Notes: generated by a model from the letters alone, not told the origin. 63,664 nt of DNA, filler included, from Octopus bimaculoides (GCF_001194135.2; 8 parts of 8 records of this genome joined end to end with filler, not necessarily neighbours in it); one strand, 5' to 3'. Counted from the first letter of the whole stretch, positions 41,741-52,832 are shown. A program made the numbers and translations.

Positions 41741-42972
41741 GCCCCCTCCCCAAAATTGCACGCCTTGTGCTTCTAATAGAAAGGATTATTAATTAATTGG
41801 TTGATTAATTACGTAATTAATAAATCTTTTCCTGTTTCCTTGGGTATATTATCCATTATTTTATTACTTTTTACTTACAAAAATAATCAGTTCAGTGTTA
41901 TGAAATAACTTCTAATAAGCTAATAGAAAATGATATTTGAAGTAGATTCACGAAACGAATAAGTTACATGAAATGGCAGTCTTTAGAGCGTCGGGCACAA
42001 CATTTTGAGATGTTCCGACTCTGCGCTCTGAGTTCATATCCTACTGAGGGCAGCTTTTCCTTTCATTCTCACAGAGGGTCAATAGAAATAAGTATCAACC
42101 GAAGGTGGCGGATTGGCGGAACTGTAAGATCGCCGGGACGGATGCCTTGCAGATTAGCAGTATATGGTCCGATTCTTTGCGTTCCGAGTTCAAATCCCGC
42201 CATGGCCTACATAGATAATAGACTTTACCCGTCACCCGGTTTAACGCCACTACATAGCACCTTGGTTACCTTTAAAGAACCTTATTCTCTTGTAAGCATT
42301 CAGGCCAGTATATCAGTTTGACGATAACCTCGTGCCTTCTTCCAACCAGTCTCGGAGGCCCTTTAATGAGGTATGTGCCTTGACTTCTTTTGTAAATAAC
42401 AATGATAGAAAAACTTTTTTCCTCTTTTATGAGTGTCTTTTAATGATTAGTTTTCGTCTGTAAACTTTAGACAAAGCACAGCAGCATTTTTCGAGAAGCG
42501 GGCTGCATGACACATGGTTCATCATCCGGCAGGACGCACTACTAAAAAATTCAAGGTAATTTTTCATTAAGAAAATTCCGTGGGCCGCAGTTTGTCCATG
42601 ACTATTTTAAACTTTAAAGACTTTCGTCAATTATGAAGACCCCAGCCTGTGTAAGCAGACTGGTACTATTTTATCAAATACTGCGTTTGCGAGATTTTGT
42701 TCGACTCTATTGATTCTGTCAACGATAGTCTCATTTGGTCATGCTTGGCATCCCAACGGGAAAGTCTCACGTTTGCTTCTGATAAAACCCTATGGAAGAG
42801 GTGCCTGAGGACTCCATTCCAACGACTCTTCAAAGAGTAGTGAGCGGAGAAGATAGATGGAGGGGTGGAATTTGAGTTGACACATTCTGAACTGATAACA
42901 TAAATACGTAAAAGTAACAAAGCACATTATTTACAACAGACAGATATTTGTCCTCATCTTGTTTGTTGTTAT

Positions 42973-43014
42973 CACTACGTTTCGGCTGATGTACTCTCCA
43001 GCCTTCATCAGGTG
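42973..43014 (-). ncRNA. Minimal type I hammerhead-like ribozyme motif (GUA site)
   Basis: Minus strand CAC-CTGATGA-A-GGCTG…CAGCC-GAAA-CG-TA-GTG. Confidence 0.62.
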
Positions 43015-43371
43015 TTCTGGTGGAATTTCGAACCCAACCCTTTATTTGACTAATGAGGTACACTGCTCTCATTCCTAAGGTATGTTGCTGATGTTATTTT
43101 TCTGTTGATATCATTTTTCAAGTCCTTGCCTGGGATTGAACTTAGAATCCGAGGGTTATTTGTCCACGCTTTTATCAACTACACTATATGCCCGTAGGAT
43201 AGCGTAGTGGATAAGAGTGCGGGCTACTAACCCTCGGTTTCTAAGTTCAATCCCAGGCAGGGGCTTGAAAAATAATATCAACAGAAAAATAACATCAGCA
43301 ACATACCTTAGGAATGAGAACAGTGTACTCCATTAGTTAGATAAAAGGTTGGGTTCGAAATTCCATCAGAA

Positions 43372-43413
43372 CACCTGATGAAGGCTGGAGAGTACATCAG
43401 CCGAAACGTTGTG
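43372..43413 (+). ncRNA. Minimal type I hammerhead-like ribozyme motif (GUU site)
   Basis: CAC-CTGATGA-A-GGCTG…CAGCC-GAAA-CG-TT-GTG; helix III only as the palindrome ACGU (dimer type); helix I 3 bp. Confidence 0.6.
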
Positions 43414-43834
43414 ATAACAACAAACAAGATGAAATTACTCATCCGTCCATTGCAAATAATGTACATAATTCCTCATCTCAAAAATATAGAATAGTAAGTA
43501 ACAAAGTATTGCATGATATAACGTCGGAAGCAAAAAAAGGTAAATTTACTTGATCTGCTAAAAACAATCTGGGAATACCTTAATTTCCTACGATCACATT
43601 TTGTGTATTTCAGTGTTTTCTCAAATAAGTGATTCTTGGCTGGACGATTACCTTATTAAAATTAATAAATTTCTTTGAAAAACACTAAAATACTGAAATA
43701 TTTGTATATACCCCTATGCACGTATATGCATCATTATACATACGTATGAATAGGTATATACATGTACTGGTGTATAATGCNNNNNNNNNNGTATGAATAG
43801 GTATATACATGTACTGGTGTATAATGCTCACACG

Positions 43835-43888
<54 letters not shown>

Positions 43889-43993
43889 CACAATTAGTGC
43901 AATTGTTTTCACACGAGAGAATTTACTCTCTAGCTGCATTCCTTACTTAATTGTTTTCTAAAAGCTGTAGACTAGAAATCACTTTGTACTTAC

Positions 43994-44101
43994 AGGATCG
44001 TTCACAATACCGTCGTTATCGGAATCAGGATCACAGGCATCACCAATTTCATCCGAATCAGCATCCTCCTGGCCACTGTTAGGAGTTAGAAGGCAATTGT
44101 C
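43994..44101 (-). CDS. THBS: Thrombospondin exon (first visible; type 3 repeat): [36 protein letters not shown]
   Basis: AG acceptor at 44103-44102 and GTAAGT donor; 108 nt, phase 0/0; classic DNC..PNSGQED.D.D.IGDACD type 3 repeat as I recall from TSP3/4/COMP. Confidence 0.95.
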
Positions 44102-44401
44102 CTAGTACAAAAAAGATGAAAACGTATTTAAGGAATTAGCAAGCAACTTAAGATATACAAACCAAGGAGCTGCTTAAACCCTACCCCGCCCGCTAAATCG
44201 CCATCAAATCACACCTCCCCATCTTAATAAAAGAAGGAGGACACATTGAATGATATAATTCTAGATATACTATGCCCGATAAAGCAAAATATGTTATGTT
44301 TGTTGCTTGAATGGTTTTACAATAACTAAGGATAAAACGTGACCATAGATTAGAAAATATCATTGAATATACATATACAGTATATATATATATATATATA
44401 T

Positions 44402-44501
44402 NNNNNNNNNNNNNNNNNNNNNNNNNNNNNNNNNNNNNNNNNNNNTTAATTAATTAANNNNNNNNNNNNNNNNNNNNNNNNNNNNNNNNNNNNNNNNNNN
44501 N
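44402..44501. other. Artificial contig linker
   Basis: 44N-TTAATTAATTAA(44446-44457)-44N. Confidence 0.97.
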
Positions 44502-44995
44502 CATCCATCTATCTATCTATCTATCTATCTATCCATCTATCTATCTATCTAGACTTATCCAAAGGGTTTCTTTCAATTTCCATCTACCAAATCCACTCAT
44601 AAAGCTTTGGCTGGCTCGAGGATATAGTTGATGAGAGACTTGCCTTAGGTGCCATGCTGTGAGACAGAACCTGAAACCATATTGTTGGGAAGCAAACATT
44701 CTCACCACATAGCCACACCTGGTGAAGATAAAAAAAAAATGAAATGATACTAATTCAACTGTTATTTTTATCTGAATGGTGTCTCTGGGTATGTTACCTT
44801 AGTAATTATCATACTATTTGATGCCTACTGGTGTTTACTACTTCACATCAGTTCAGTGAATATCTTAGCACTAATCTTTATTAAGGGGGTCTTACAGGTT
44901 GAAAAACATTTCAGATTTGTTACTCTTAGCTGTTGAGATTAGATTAAGATAATATTAGCAAACTTTGTTCATAAAGTTTAAAAAAAAAGTTTATA

Positions 44996-45160
44996 GGTGC
45001 AGGAGTGGCTGTGTGGTAAGTAGCTTGCTTACCAACCACATGGTTCCGGGTTCAGTCCCGGCATCTTTGGGCACGTGTCTTTTACTATAGCCTCGGGCCG
45101 ACCAAAGCCTTGTGAGTGGATTTGGTAGACGGAAACTGAAAGAAGCCTGTCGTATATATG

Positions 45161-45222
<62 letters not shown>

Positions 45223-45313
45223 GTGTATATGTTTGTGTGTCTGTGTTTGTTCCCCCCAACATCGCTTGACAACCGATGCTGGTATGTTTATGTCCCTGTA
45301 ACTTAGCGGTTCG
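44996..45313 (+). mobile_element. tRNA-derived SINE, family 2 (CORE-like ACCTTGGGCAAGT segment in other copies; internal (TA)n)
   Basis: GGAGTGGCTGTGTGG…GGTTCAGTCCC…GATTTGGTAGACGGAAACTGAAAGAAGCC; other copies at about 2413-2495(-), 3248-3625(+), 8697-9205(+), 14225-14400(-), 16195-16510(+), 18330-18470(-), 44560-44720(-) and 54150-54300(+). Confidence 0.85.
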
Positions 45314-46650
45314 NNNNNNNNNNNNNNNNNNNNNNNNNNNNNNNNNNNNNNNNNNNNNNNNNNNNNNNNNNNNNNNNNNNNNNNNNNNNNNNNNNNNNNN
45401 NNNNNNNNNNNNNNNNNNNNNNNNNNNNNNNNNNNNNNNNNNNNNNNNNNNNNNNNNNNNNNNNNNNNNNNNNNNNNNNNNNNNNNNNNNNNNNNNNNNN
45501 NNNNNNNNNNNNNNNNNNNNNNNNNNNNNNNNNNNNNNNNNNNNNNNNNNNNNNNNNNNNNNNNNNNNNNNNNNNNNNNNNNNNNNNNNNNNNNNNNNNN
45601 NNNNNNNNNNNNNNNNNNNNNNNNNNNNNNNNNNNNNNNNNNNNNNNNNNNNNNNNNNNNNNNNNNNNNNNNNNNNNNNNNNNNNNNNNNNNNNNNNNNN
45701 NNNNNNNNNNNNNNNNNNNNNNNNNNNNNNNNNNNNNNNNNNNNNNNNNNNNNNNNNNNNNNNNNNNNNNNNNNNNNNNNNNNNNNNNNNNNNNNNNNNN
45801 NNNNNNNNNNNNNNNNNNNNNNNNNNNNNNNNNNNNNNNNNNNNNNNNNNNNNNNNNNNNNNNNNNNNNNNNNNNNNNNNNNNNNNNNNNNNNNNNNNNN
45901 NNNNGGGGGGAGTCGATTAGATCGACTCCCTCAGTACACACTGGTACTTAATTTATCGACCCCCCGAAAGGATGAAAGGCAAAGTTGACCTGGGCGGAAT
46001 TTGATCTCAGAACGTAAAATGGAAAAGTGGATACTAAAACGGCGGTGATGGTGGTGGTGGTGGTGGTGATGGTGATGATGATGATGATGATGAATATAGT
46101 ATAAGAAAATTACTTGTTTATTCAATAAATGACAAATTGTTCCCCAAGACTAAATTTAGACTTTGTATTTATATGTTCGGCTTATCAATTGAAATATTTC
46201 AAAACTACAGAAAATTAAAGTAATTACATCTTCGTTTAATTAATGAATCATACTTACTAATAAGAAACTTGACCTTGTGGATGCTTTTAATGTGGTTATG
46301 TTTTAATCAAGCTTTCTATATTTACATCAATTTGAAATAAACATAATTTCATCTTCTATAGACGTCTATCACCTACATACATACATGCATACATATATAC
46401 ATATGTATATATATAGTTGATAAAGGAAATGGAAGATAGATTTAATATGAATATTTAATATGAATATTTATTCAACACGACGACTGTTTCGACCCATCCC
46501 ACATCTGTGTATTATATAAGTAGTTAATTAACAAAAAAAAAAAGGGATTGAATAGCATTCTTTATTTAAAATCACTACAATCGTTTTGATGCATTTTTAC
46601 ACCTGAAGTACATTGGTGAGATGGCATTCATTCCATTTTGTATTTATATG

Positions 46651-47186
46651 TCTGTTTGTCTGTCCAACTGTCTATCTATCTATCTATCTATCTATCTGTC
46701 TGTCTGTCTGTCTGTCTGTCCATCCTTCTTTCTACCTAGCTGTCTGTCCATCCTTCTATCTACCTATCTCTCTGTCCATCCTTCTATCTGTCTGTCTGTC
46801 CGTCCATCCCTCTATCTGTCTGTCTGTCTGTCTGTCTGTCCATCCCTCTATCTGTCTGTCTGTCCGTCCTTCTATCTACCTATTTGTCTGTCCATCCTTC
46901 TATTTACCTGTCTGTCCGTCCATCCCTCTATCTGTCTGTCTGTCTGTCCATCCCTCTATCTGTCTGTCTGTCTGTCTGTCTGTCCATCCTTCTATTTACC
47001 TGTCTGTCTGTCCATCCCTCTATCTGTCTGTCTGTCTGTCTGTCCATCCCTCTGTCTGTCTGTCTGTCCATCCCTCTATCTGTCTGTCTGTCCGTCCTTC
47101 TATCTACCTATCTGTCTGTCCATCCTTCTATTTACCTGTCTGTCCGTCCATCCCTCTATCTGTCTGTCTGTCTGTCCATCCCTCTA

Positions 47187-47220
<34 letters not shown>

Positions 47221-47400
47221 CATCCTTCTATTTACCTGTCTGTCCATCCGTCCCTCTATCTGTCTGTCTGTCCGTCCATCCTTCTATTTACCTGTCTGTC
47301 CGTCCGTCCCTCTATCTGTCTGTCTGTCCGTCCATCCTTCTATCTACCTGTCTGTCTCTCTTTCTGTCCATCCTTCCATCTACTTGTCTGTCTATTTATC
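46651..47400. repeat. Compound TCTG/TCTA/TCCA satellite with higher-order units
   Basis: Recurring blocks CCATCCTTCTATTTACCTG and CCATCCCTCTATCTG separated by (TCTG)n. Confidence 0.9.
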
Positions 47401-47419
47401 AAGTTATTAAATCACCTCC

Positions 47420-47459
<40 letters not shown>

Positions 47460-47488
47460 AACACGTCTCTCTCTTTGTCTCATTCCAG

Positions 47489-47617
47489 CCTACAGGATTC
47501 ATGAACCACTCAATCCCTTACTCTTCAATCGAGGACATCCACATTATATCCCGCTGGGATGCTGGACACAAGTTTTGTATTCGTATTACCATCCAAGATG
47601 GTTCTCTCTTACTTCAG
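47489..47617 (+). CDS. CMIP: c-Maf-inducing protein, internal exon of the PH-like N-terminal region: PTGFMNHSIPYSSIEDIHIISRWDAGHKFCIRITIQDGSLLLQ
   Basis: Polypyrimidine tract + CAG acceptor, CAG|GTGGGT donor, 129 nt, phase 0/0; aligns by eye with the human CMIP peptide as I recall it ([42 protein letters not shown]). Confidence 0.85.
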
Positions 47618-47869
47618 GTGGGTTACCGCACTTTCTTTTTTAATCTTTTAACTGTTGTTATTTAGCCCAAGGTCAAACCTGGTCCACTTCATGCATTTTC
47701 CCTCTTTCACTTTCCTGTCTACTTTCAGACTGAGTATACCTTGAGTTACATTATTCAATATGTCCTTCCTTTAGATTTGGTAGATAGAAACTGAAAGAAG
47801 CTTGTGTGTGTGTAAATAGATATTTACTCTTTTACTCTTTTACTTGTTTCAGTCTTTTGACTGTGGCCA

Positions 47870-47969
47870 NNNNNNNNNNNNNNNNNNNNNNNNNNNNNNN
47901 NNNNNNNNNNNNNTTAATTAATTAANNNNNNNNNNNNNNNNNNNNNNNNNNNNNNNNNNNNNNNNNNNN
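47870..47969. other. Artificial contig linker
   Basis: 44N-TTAATTAATTAA(47914-47925)-44N. Confidence 0.97.
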
Positions 47970-48421
47970 AGGCCTGAAATTTGATGGGAAGGGGATAATC
48001 AATTACATTGACCCCAAAAGAATGAAAGGCAAAGTCAACTTTGGCAGAATTTGAACTCAGAACATAGCGACAGGCAAACTACCACTAAGCATTTCGTCCA
48101 GTGTGTTAATGATTCTGTCAGTTCGTCAGAATTATTAAATAATAAATTAGAAAAATTACTATTTTTAAATCTCACAACGAGAGATATTCAGCAACAGTTC
48201 TTTGTAGCAAAGATTGTTATCGAACATCACATGGCAGTCCCGGACACAGATCATGTCATATAGCCAGCTGGATACGATGCTGCTGTAATTAGTCCTAAAC
48301 CAGGACTGCCATGTTATGGTGGCAAACAATCTTTACTATATTAAATAATAATTATATAAAAAAACACCAGGTGGGATCTTGGAAAGCTTATTTATAAAAT
48401 ATATTTTTTTATGTTCTCCAG

Positions 48422-48562
48422 TTAAAAGTGCTGGTGCCGTCAACTGCAGCATTGATAATGGAGGGTGCCCCCACAATTGCACAGATCTCGAAGGAGGTGG
48501 TATGATATGTTCCTGTCGAAGCGGTTTCAAAATGAAAGATGAAAAGACAAAGGAATGCGTGG
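48422..48562 (+). CDS. LDL-receptor-related protein (LRP/megalin-like) EGF exon: KSAGAVNCSIDNGGCPHNCTDLEGGGMICSCRSGFKMKDEKTKECV
   Basis: CAG acceptor, GTATGT donor, phase 1/1; six-Cys EGF pattern. Confidence 0.9.
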
Positions 48563-48962
48563 GTATGTAGAATAATACACCTTCTTCGTCGTTATCTCAC
48601 CTGTCTTTGTATTTTTGTATTATGTTCTTTGAACAATTTTGAACCAAATGTAGAAAGAAATTGTCTGTTTGCTAAATTCTTAGAGATGTTGTAGTTATAA
48701 TGGCAATTCAAAGAGATCTTCCATTGAAGTCAAGGGGCCAACAGAGACACCCAAAAGCATTTTATCCCACCTTATGATGGTGTTGATGATGATGACAACA
48801 ATGACAGAAACGACTATGAGGATGATGATGGTGATGATGATGCAGAGAAGGATGATTGTCAAGGTCTTTTACTTTCTGCCACTTTCTGCAGACATAGAAT
48901 AGAATCAAGATGGTAGAAAGGCAATGTAAGGCATTGATTTTCAATTGAAATTCTCTTTGCAG

Positions 48963-49094
48963 ATATTAATGAGTGTGAACTTTCGAATAACAAATGTCCT
49001 CAGCTCTGCGACAACATAAAAGGTTCCTACAAATGCTTGTGCCATGAAGGCTTCCAAGACCCTTTATTACCCACTCCCAAATGTAAATATACAA
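48963..49094 (+). CDS. LRP-like calcium-binding EGF exon: (D)[43 protein letters not shown]
   Basis: CAG acceptor, GTAAGT donor, phase 1/1; DINEC...C.N..GSY.C.C consensus; absent from the ORF track. Confidence 0.92.
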
Positions 49095-49999
49095 GTAAGT
49101 AGATTAACATATCTGTGTGTGTGTGTGTGCATATGTGTGTGTGTATATGTCTGTGTGCATATGTGAGTGTACATNNNNNNNNNNNNNNNNNNNNNNNNNN
49201 NNNNNNNNNNNNNNNNNNNNNNNNNNNNNNNNNNNNNNNNNNNNNNNNNNNNNNNNNNNNNNNNNNNNNNNNNNNNNNNNNNNNNNNNNNNNNNNNNNNN
49301 NNNNNNNNNNNNNNNNNNNNNNNNNNNNNNNNNNNNNNNNNNNNNNNNNNNNNNNNNNNNNNNNNNNNNNNNNNNNNNNNNNNNNNNNNNNNNNNNNNNN
49401 NNNNNNNNNNNNNNNNNNNNNNNNNNNNNNNNNNNNNNNNNNNNNNNNNNNNNNNNNNNNNNNNNNNNNNNNNNNNNNNNNNNNNNNNNNNNNNNNNNNN
49501 NNNNNNNNNNNNNNNNNNNNNNNNNNNNNNNNNNNNNNNNNNNNNNNNNNNNNNNNNNNNNNNNNNNNNNNNNNNNNNNNNNNNNNNNNNNNNNNNNNNN
49601 NNNNNNNNNNNNNNNNNNNNNNNNNNNNNNNNNNNNNNNNNNNNNNNNNNNNNNCAGGAAGGACATCCAGCCATAGAAAATTCACCTCAACAAATTCCTG
49701 TCCAACCCATGCCAACATGGAAAAGTGGAGATTAACCCTTTAGCATTCAGATTAATCTGTCAAATATAATACTTATTTATTCACATTGTTTTGAATTAAT
49801 ACTGCTTTATCTCAGAGCTTTGAGATTCTGAGGATATAATTGTTTATTTTCAGAATGACATTGTAGGGCAGGTGTGAGAGGCTGGATTTGGCCAATTTGA
49901 TTATAAAACAGGTAGAATATTTGGGCTGGATCTGGCCGGTTTAAATGCTAAAGGGTTAAAACAATGATGTTGATGGTTGCTTTTGTTGTTCTTTTGCAG

Positions 50000-50276
50000 A
50001 GGAAGGCAAAGTAAGCATCTTCATGTCTGTGAGTAGCGGCATCCGAAGATTTGACCCCATAATCAAAGAATACATGAGCACCTTACTCTCCATACAAAGA
50101 TCCCAGGGTTTAGCAGTCGACGTTGAACGGTCAACCCTTTACTGGACAGATATGATCAGCAAAACAGTGATGCGTTCTTATATTTCTAAAAAATCTGATA
50201 ATGTTGGAGTCCCACAAGATCTGAAACTCAATAATCTAGAGGAACCAAATGGCATTTCCATCGACTGGATATCAGG
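50000..50276 (+). CDS. LRP-like YWTD beta-propeller exon (…LAVDVERSTLYWTDMISKTVMRSYISKKSDNVGVPQDLKLNNLEEPNGISIDWIS(G))
   Basis: CAG acceptor, GTAAAT donor, phase 1/2; LAVD…LYWTD and EP.GI.IDW motifs; resembles the last propeller of LRP2/megalin (inference). Confidence 0.92.
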
Positions 50277-51004
50277 GTAAATAACATTATATCCAACAGC
50301 AAAATATTCTTTTCTTATTTATTTCATTATTTCTGTAAAATTTGTTGTTCTGTTTACAAAATAACTTTGTGTGTGTGTGTGTTCGTGTGTGTGTGTGTTC
50401 GTGTGTGTGTGTGTGTTCGTGTGTGTGTGTGTGTGTGCGTGTGGCACCTTGAGCAAGTGTCTCCTACTTTAGGCCCAGGCTGACCAAAGCCTTGAAGTTA
50501 GTGAGTAGATTTGCTAAATGGAAACTGGAAAACTATATATATGTATAAGTGCATATGTGTTTGCCTGTGTGTGTACATATATGTGTCTATGTGTGTGTGT
50601 GTGTGTGTATTTAGATTTGTTCAAATATGTTTGTGACATATTTTAAATTCTAAAGGCAAATTTAGTGCAGTTTACCATTGGAGAAAAAAATTCTTGCTTA
50701 TGGTAAATGGTGCAAAAACACCTTATCTGCTCAGTGTCTCCTCCAAATAAATTCCTAGATGCGTTTCTGGCATCTTAACCTTCCTCAGAAGGAGATACCA
50801 AAGAGAGGTAACCCTGGGCAGATTAGAAAGCCATAGCTTTATCTTAGAACAGCCAAGCACCAAGGTCAGAGCAGATACAAAAGTAGCAGCACTAAGCAAT
50901 GATTAGAAATAAACAAACTTTAGATTTGTTCAAAAATATATTTCTGACAGATTTTAACTTCTAAAGGCGATTTTACTGCAGTTTACCAAGGAGAAGAATT
51001 CTTA

Positions 51005-51236
51005 GGCATAAGAGGAATCAGATGTGGTGTGCAAGAGAGTTGACTGTGCTGGTATGGTCATGTGATACATATGGACGAGGACAGCTGTGTTAAAAAGTGT
51101 TGTTGTCTAACTGTAGAGGGAACTTGTGGTAGAGGTAGACCCAGGAAGACATGGGACAAGGTGGTGATGCATGACCTTTGAACTTTGAACCTCACAGAGG
51201 CAATGACTAGTGACCGAGACCCGGCAAGCCAAGTGC
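51005..51236 (+). mobile_element. RTE-clade LINE 3' end remnant (in an LRP intron)
   Basis: L.WYGHV.HMDE…VEG..GRGRPRKTW motif with stops. Confidence 0.8.
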
Positions 51237-51270
51237 ACTCGTGCTGGTGGCACCTAATAAAAATAATCAA

Positions 51271-51440
51271 CCTTTGAATGTTGGGCCTCATGGAGGTAAA
51301 GTGGCTGAGTGCCTTACGAGTGTTGGGCCTCATGGAGGTACAGTGGCTGAGTTCCTTTCGAGTGGGCCTCACAGAGGGGAGGTAGCTGAGTTTCTTTCGA
51401 GCAGTGGGCCTCATGGAGACAAAGCGGCCAAGCTCCTTCC
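51271..51440. repeat. 39-42-bp tandem repeat, 4 copies, just 3' of the RTE remnant
   Basis: GGGCCTCA at 51283, 51325, 51364 and 51406. Confidence 0.8.
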
Positions 51441-51677
51441 AAGTGTCTATCAACAAAATTCCATTCTCAAAGCAGCAGTCCCTCTGATGCTATGAAAGTG
51501 GAATAGAAGCCAGAAATACATACAAAAACAATCTTCTTAACTAAATGGTCACATCTTATTTTCATTTGATAAGCAGGTACCATTTATTCTTTTCATTGGT
51601 TTTAATCATTCTTGATAAATTCTCAATAACTTCGGCAGCAATAATGTTAATTTTGTATTTTCCTCTTTTTATAACAG

Positions 51678-51735
51678 GAATGTTTACTGGACTGACTCCA
51701 AAAAGAAAAGCATATCTGTGGCAGCTAAAGATGGA
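51678..51735 (+). CDS. LRP-like YWTD exon, cut by a gap: (G)NVYWTDSKKKSISVAAKDG
   Basis: CAG acceptor at 51676-51677; phase 2 completes the Gly codon of the previous exon; second YWTD. Confidence 0.9.
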
Positions 51736-52594
51736 NNNNNNNNNNNNNNNNNNNNNNNNNNNNNNNNNNNNNNNNNNNNNNNNNNNNNNNNNNNNNNNNN
51801 NNNNNNNNNNNNNNNNNNNNNNNNNNNNNNNNNNNNNNNNNNNNNNNNNNNNNNNNNNNNNNNNNNNNNNNNNNNNNNNNNNNNNNNNNNNNNNNNNNNN
51901 NNNNNNNNNNNNNNNNNNNNNNNNNNNNNNNNNNNNNNNNNNNNNNNNNNNNNNNNNNNNNNNNNNNNNNNNNNNNNNNNNNNNNNNNNNNNNNNNNNNN
52001 NNNNNNNNNNNNNNNNNNNNNNNNNNNNNNNNNNNNNNNNNNNNNNNNNNNNNNNNNNNNNNNNNNNNNNNNNNNNNNNNNNNNNNNNNNNNNNNNNNNN
52101 NNNNNNNNNNNNNNNNNNNNNNNNNNNNNNNNNNNNNNNNNNNNNNNNNNNNNNNNNNNNNNNNNNNNNNNNNNNNNNNNNNNNNNNNNNNNNNNNNNNN
52201 NNNNNNNNNNNNNNNNNNNNNNNNNNNNNNNNNNNNNNNNNNNNNNNNNNNNNNNNNNNNNNNNNNNNNNNNNNNNNNNNNNNNNNNNNNNNNNNNNNNN
52301 NNNNNNNNNNNNNNNNNNNNNNNNNNNNNNNNNNNNNNNNNNNNNNNNNNNNNNTAGCAAACATAATTTTCTTTTGCTTTTACAGATTGTCACTGGTGGG
52401 GGTTGGTTGTGACCCTAATGTCGCCATTGGGGGTTGGGTTGTGATTGTTGAGTTAGTGAACAAACATATATTTCATTGGTTGTGTGAATAATTGAAGCAG
52501 AATCCATGAACATTTCACTGAACATTTGACTGTTGTGTTCTTGACCAAAACATTTCATCTCACGTCACTCTGCAATCACTTCAATGTCTGACAT

Positions 52595-52832
52595 TGTACA
52601 CCTGTACAAGCACACTTGTACACCTGTACAAGCACACTTGTACACCTGTACAGGCACACTTGTACACCTGTACAGGCACACTTGCACACCTGTACAGGCA
52701 CACTTGTACACCTGTATAAGCACACTTGTACACCTGTACAAGCACACTTGTACACCTGTACAAGCACACTTGTACACCTGTACAAGCACACTTGTACACC
52801 TGTACAAGCACACTTGTACACCTGTACAAGCA
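52595..52832. repeat. 22-bp minisatellite (TGTACACCTGTACAAGCACACT), about 11 copies
   Basis: Read directly; few substitutions. Confidence 0.95.

Larger units (their letters stand above)
42924..43462. mobile_element. Head-to-head inverted dimer of a tRNA-headed SINE-like element, each arm ending in a hammerhead-like motif
   Basis: About 270-bp inverted arms symmetric about 43193; A box TAGCGTAGTGG (43200-43210) and B box AGTTCAATCCC (43244-43254), mirrored at 43186-43176 and 43142-43132. Confidence 0.85.

Noticed and set aside
43196-43266. Functional tRNA gene (also the heads of other SINEs)
   Set aside because: A and B boxes are present but there is no proper acceptor or D stem, and each head continues into a repeat body.
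46474-46512. Minus-strand hammerhead-like string (ACAC-AGATGT…GTC-GAAA-CAGTCG-TC-GTGT)
   Set aside because: The CUGANGA core has two mismatches and helix II cannot form; at most a dead remnant.
46613-47643. Three long Ser/Leu/Cys-rich ORFs
   Set aside because: They are stop-free by virtue of tetranucleotide repeats; only the CMIP exon in another frame is supported.
29587-51735. Thrombospondin-CMIP-LRP cluster or nested-gene arrangement
   Set aside because: The three genes are separated by artificial linkers.
51271-52832. CRISPR-like arrays
   Set aside because: The units are directly tandem with no unique spacers, and the DNA is eukaryotic.
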